This document shows, piece by piece, positions 63,201 to 64,000 of a DNA stretch of 64,000 nucleotides (its first letter is position 1; each line of letters begins with the position of its first letter). The notes beneath the pieces are model-generated. The model made no database searches, was not told the DNA's origin, and saw only the letters and a list, made by a program, of their open reading frames with translations. Both the position numbers and the translations under genes were made by a program. The DNA comes from Malacoraja senta (Eukaryota): contig CM075987.1 in the NCBI GenBank assembly GCA_038087875.1, forward strand, positions 17,300,001 through 17,364,000, given 5' to 3'.

Positions 63201-64000
63201 CCAAGTTGGCTTGGCTTTTAAAAACTTTTCAGAAAATGTGTTGGTTGCTTGCAAAGTGTTTCCCAAGTTGGCTTGGCTTTTAAAGACTTCAGAAAATGTG
63301 TTGGTTGCTTGCAAAGTGTTTGCCAAGTTGGCTTGGCTTTTAAACACTCTTCAGAAAACGGGTTGGTTGCTTGGAAAGTGTTTTCCAAATTGGCTTGGCT
63401 TTTAAAGACTTCAGAAAACGTGTTCGTTGCTTGAAAAGCGTTTGCCTTGTTGGCTTGTCTTTTAACGACTCTTCAGAAAATTTGTTAGTTGCTTCCAAAG
63501 TGTTTGCCAAAATGGCATGGCTTTTAAAGACATCAGAAAATGGGTTGGTTGCTTGCAAAGTGTTTGCCAAGTTGGCTTGGATTTTAAAGACTTCAGAAAA
63601 TGTGTTGGTTGCTTGCAAAGTGTTTGCCATATTGGCTTGGCTTTTAAAGACTCTTCAGAAAATGGGTTGGTTGCTTGCAAAGTGTTTGCCAAGTTGGCTT
63701 GGATTTTAAAGACTTCAGAAAATGTGTTGGTTGCTTGCAAAGTGTTTGCCATATTGGCTTGGCTTTTAAAGACTCTTCAGAAAATGTGTTGGTTGCTTGC
63801 AAAGTGTTTGCCAGATTGGCTTGGCGTTTAAAGACTTCAGAAAATGGGTTGGTTGTTTGCAAAGTATTTGCCAAGTTGGCTTGGCTTTAAAAGACTCTTC
63901 AGAAAATGGGTTGGTTGCTTGCAAAGTGTTTGCCAAGTTGGCTTGGCTTTTAAAGACTCTTCAGTAAATGTGTTGGTTGCATGCAACGTGTTTGCCAAGT
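57296..64000. repeat. 60/62-bp satellite, ~110 copies, continuing beyond the window
   Basis: Unit GAC(TC)TTCAGAAAATGTGTTGGTTGCTTGCAAAG(C/T)GTTTGCCAAGTTGGCTTGGCTTTTAAA, read directly. Confidence 0.97.

Noticed and set aside
57296..64000. CRISPR array or repeat-protein gene
   Set aside because: No unique spacers or cas genes, the context is eukaryotic, and mixed 60/62-bp units constantly shift frame.

Overview
Eukaryotic genomic DNA, almost entirely transposable elements and tandem repeats. The repeat content (HER1-like CR1 LINEs, an HE1/V-type SINE, Rex1/Babar, fish-type L1, Penelope fragments) suggests a cartilaginous fish such as a skate or ray; this is inference. Two host-gene features are visible and neither is in the ORF track. 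One is a minus-strand first coding exon (573->444) with a perfect Kozak context, signal peptide, GT donor and CpG-island/NRF1 promoter. The other is an apparently complete U1 snRNA gene (15013-15176) with an octamer DSE and a PSE. The rest includes a Mag-like Gypsy element (987-5849), several CR1 and Rex1 LINEs, and short Penelope-derived inserts carrying hammerhead-core motifs. It also holds a head-to-tail array of non-autonomous Helitron-like units (15.8-24.9 kb), a THAP/P-like transposon end, BEL/Pao and ISL2EU relics, and a nested stack (CR1 > full-length L1 > Gmr1-type LTR element plus a non-tRNA SINE-like element; 35-51.8 kb). A 60/62-bp satellite of more than 6.7 kb begins about 330 bp inside a Helitron-like 5' end and runs off the window. 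No intact autonomous element and no CRISPR array were found. Most short ORFs in the track are artefacts of low-complexity or antisense repeat sequence. Boundaries without a stated TSD or terminal motif are approximate.
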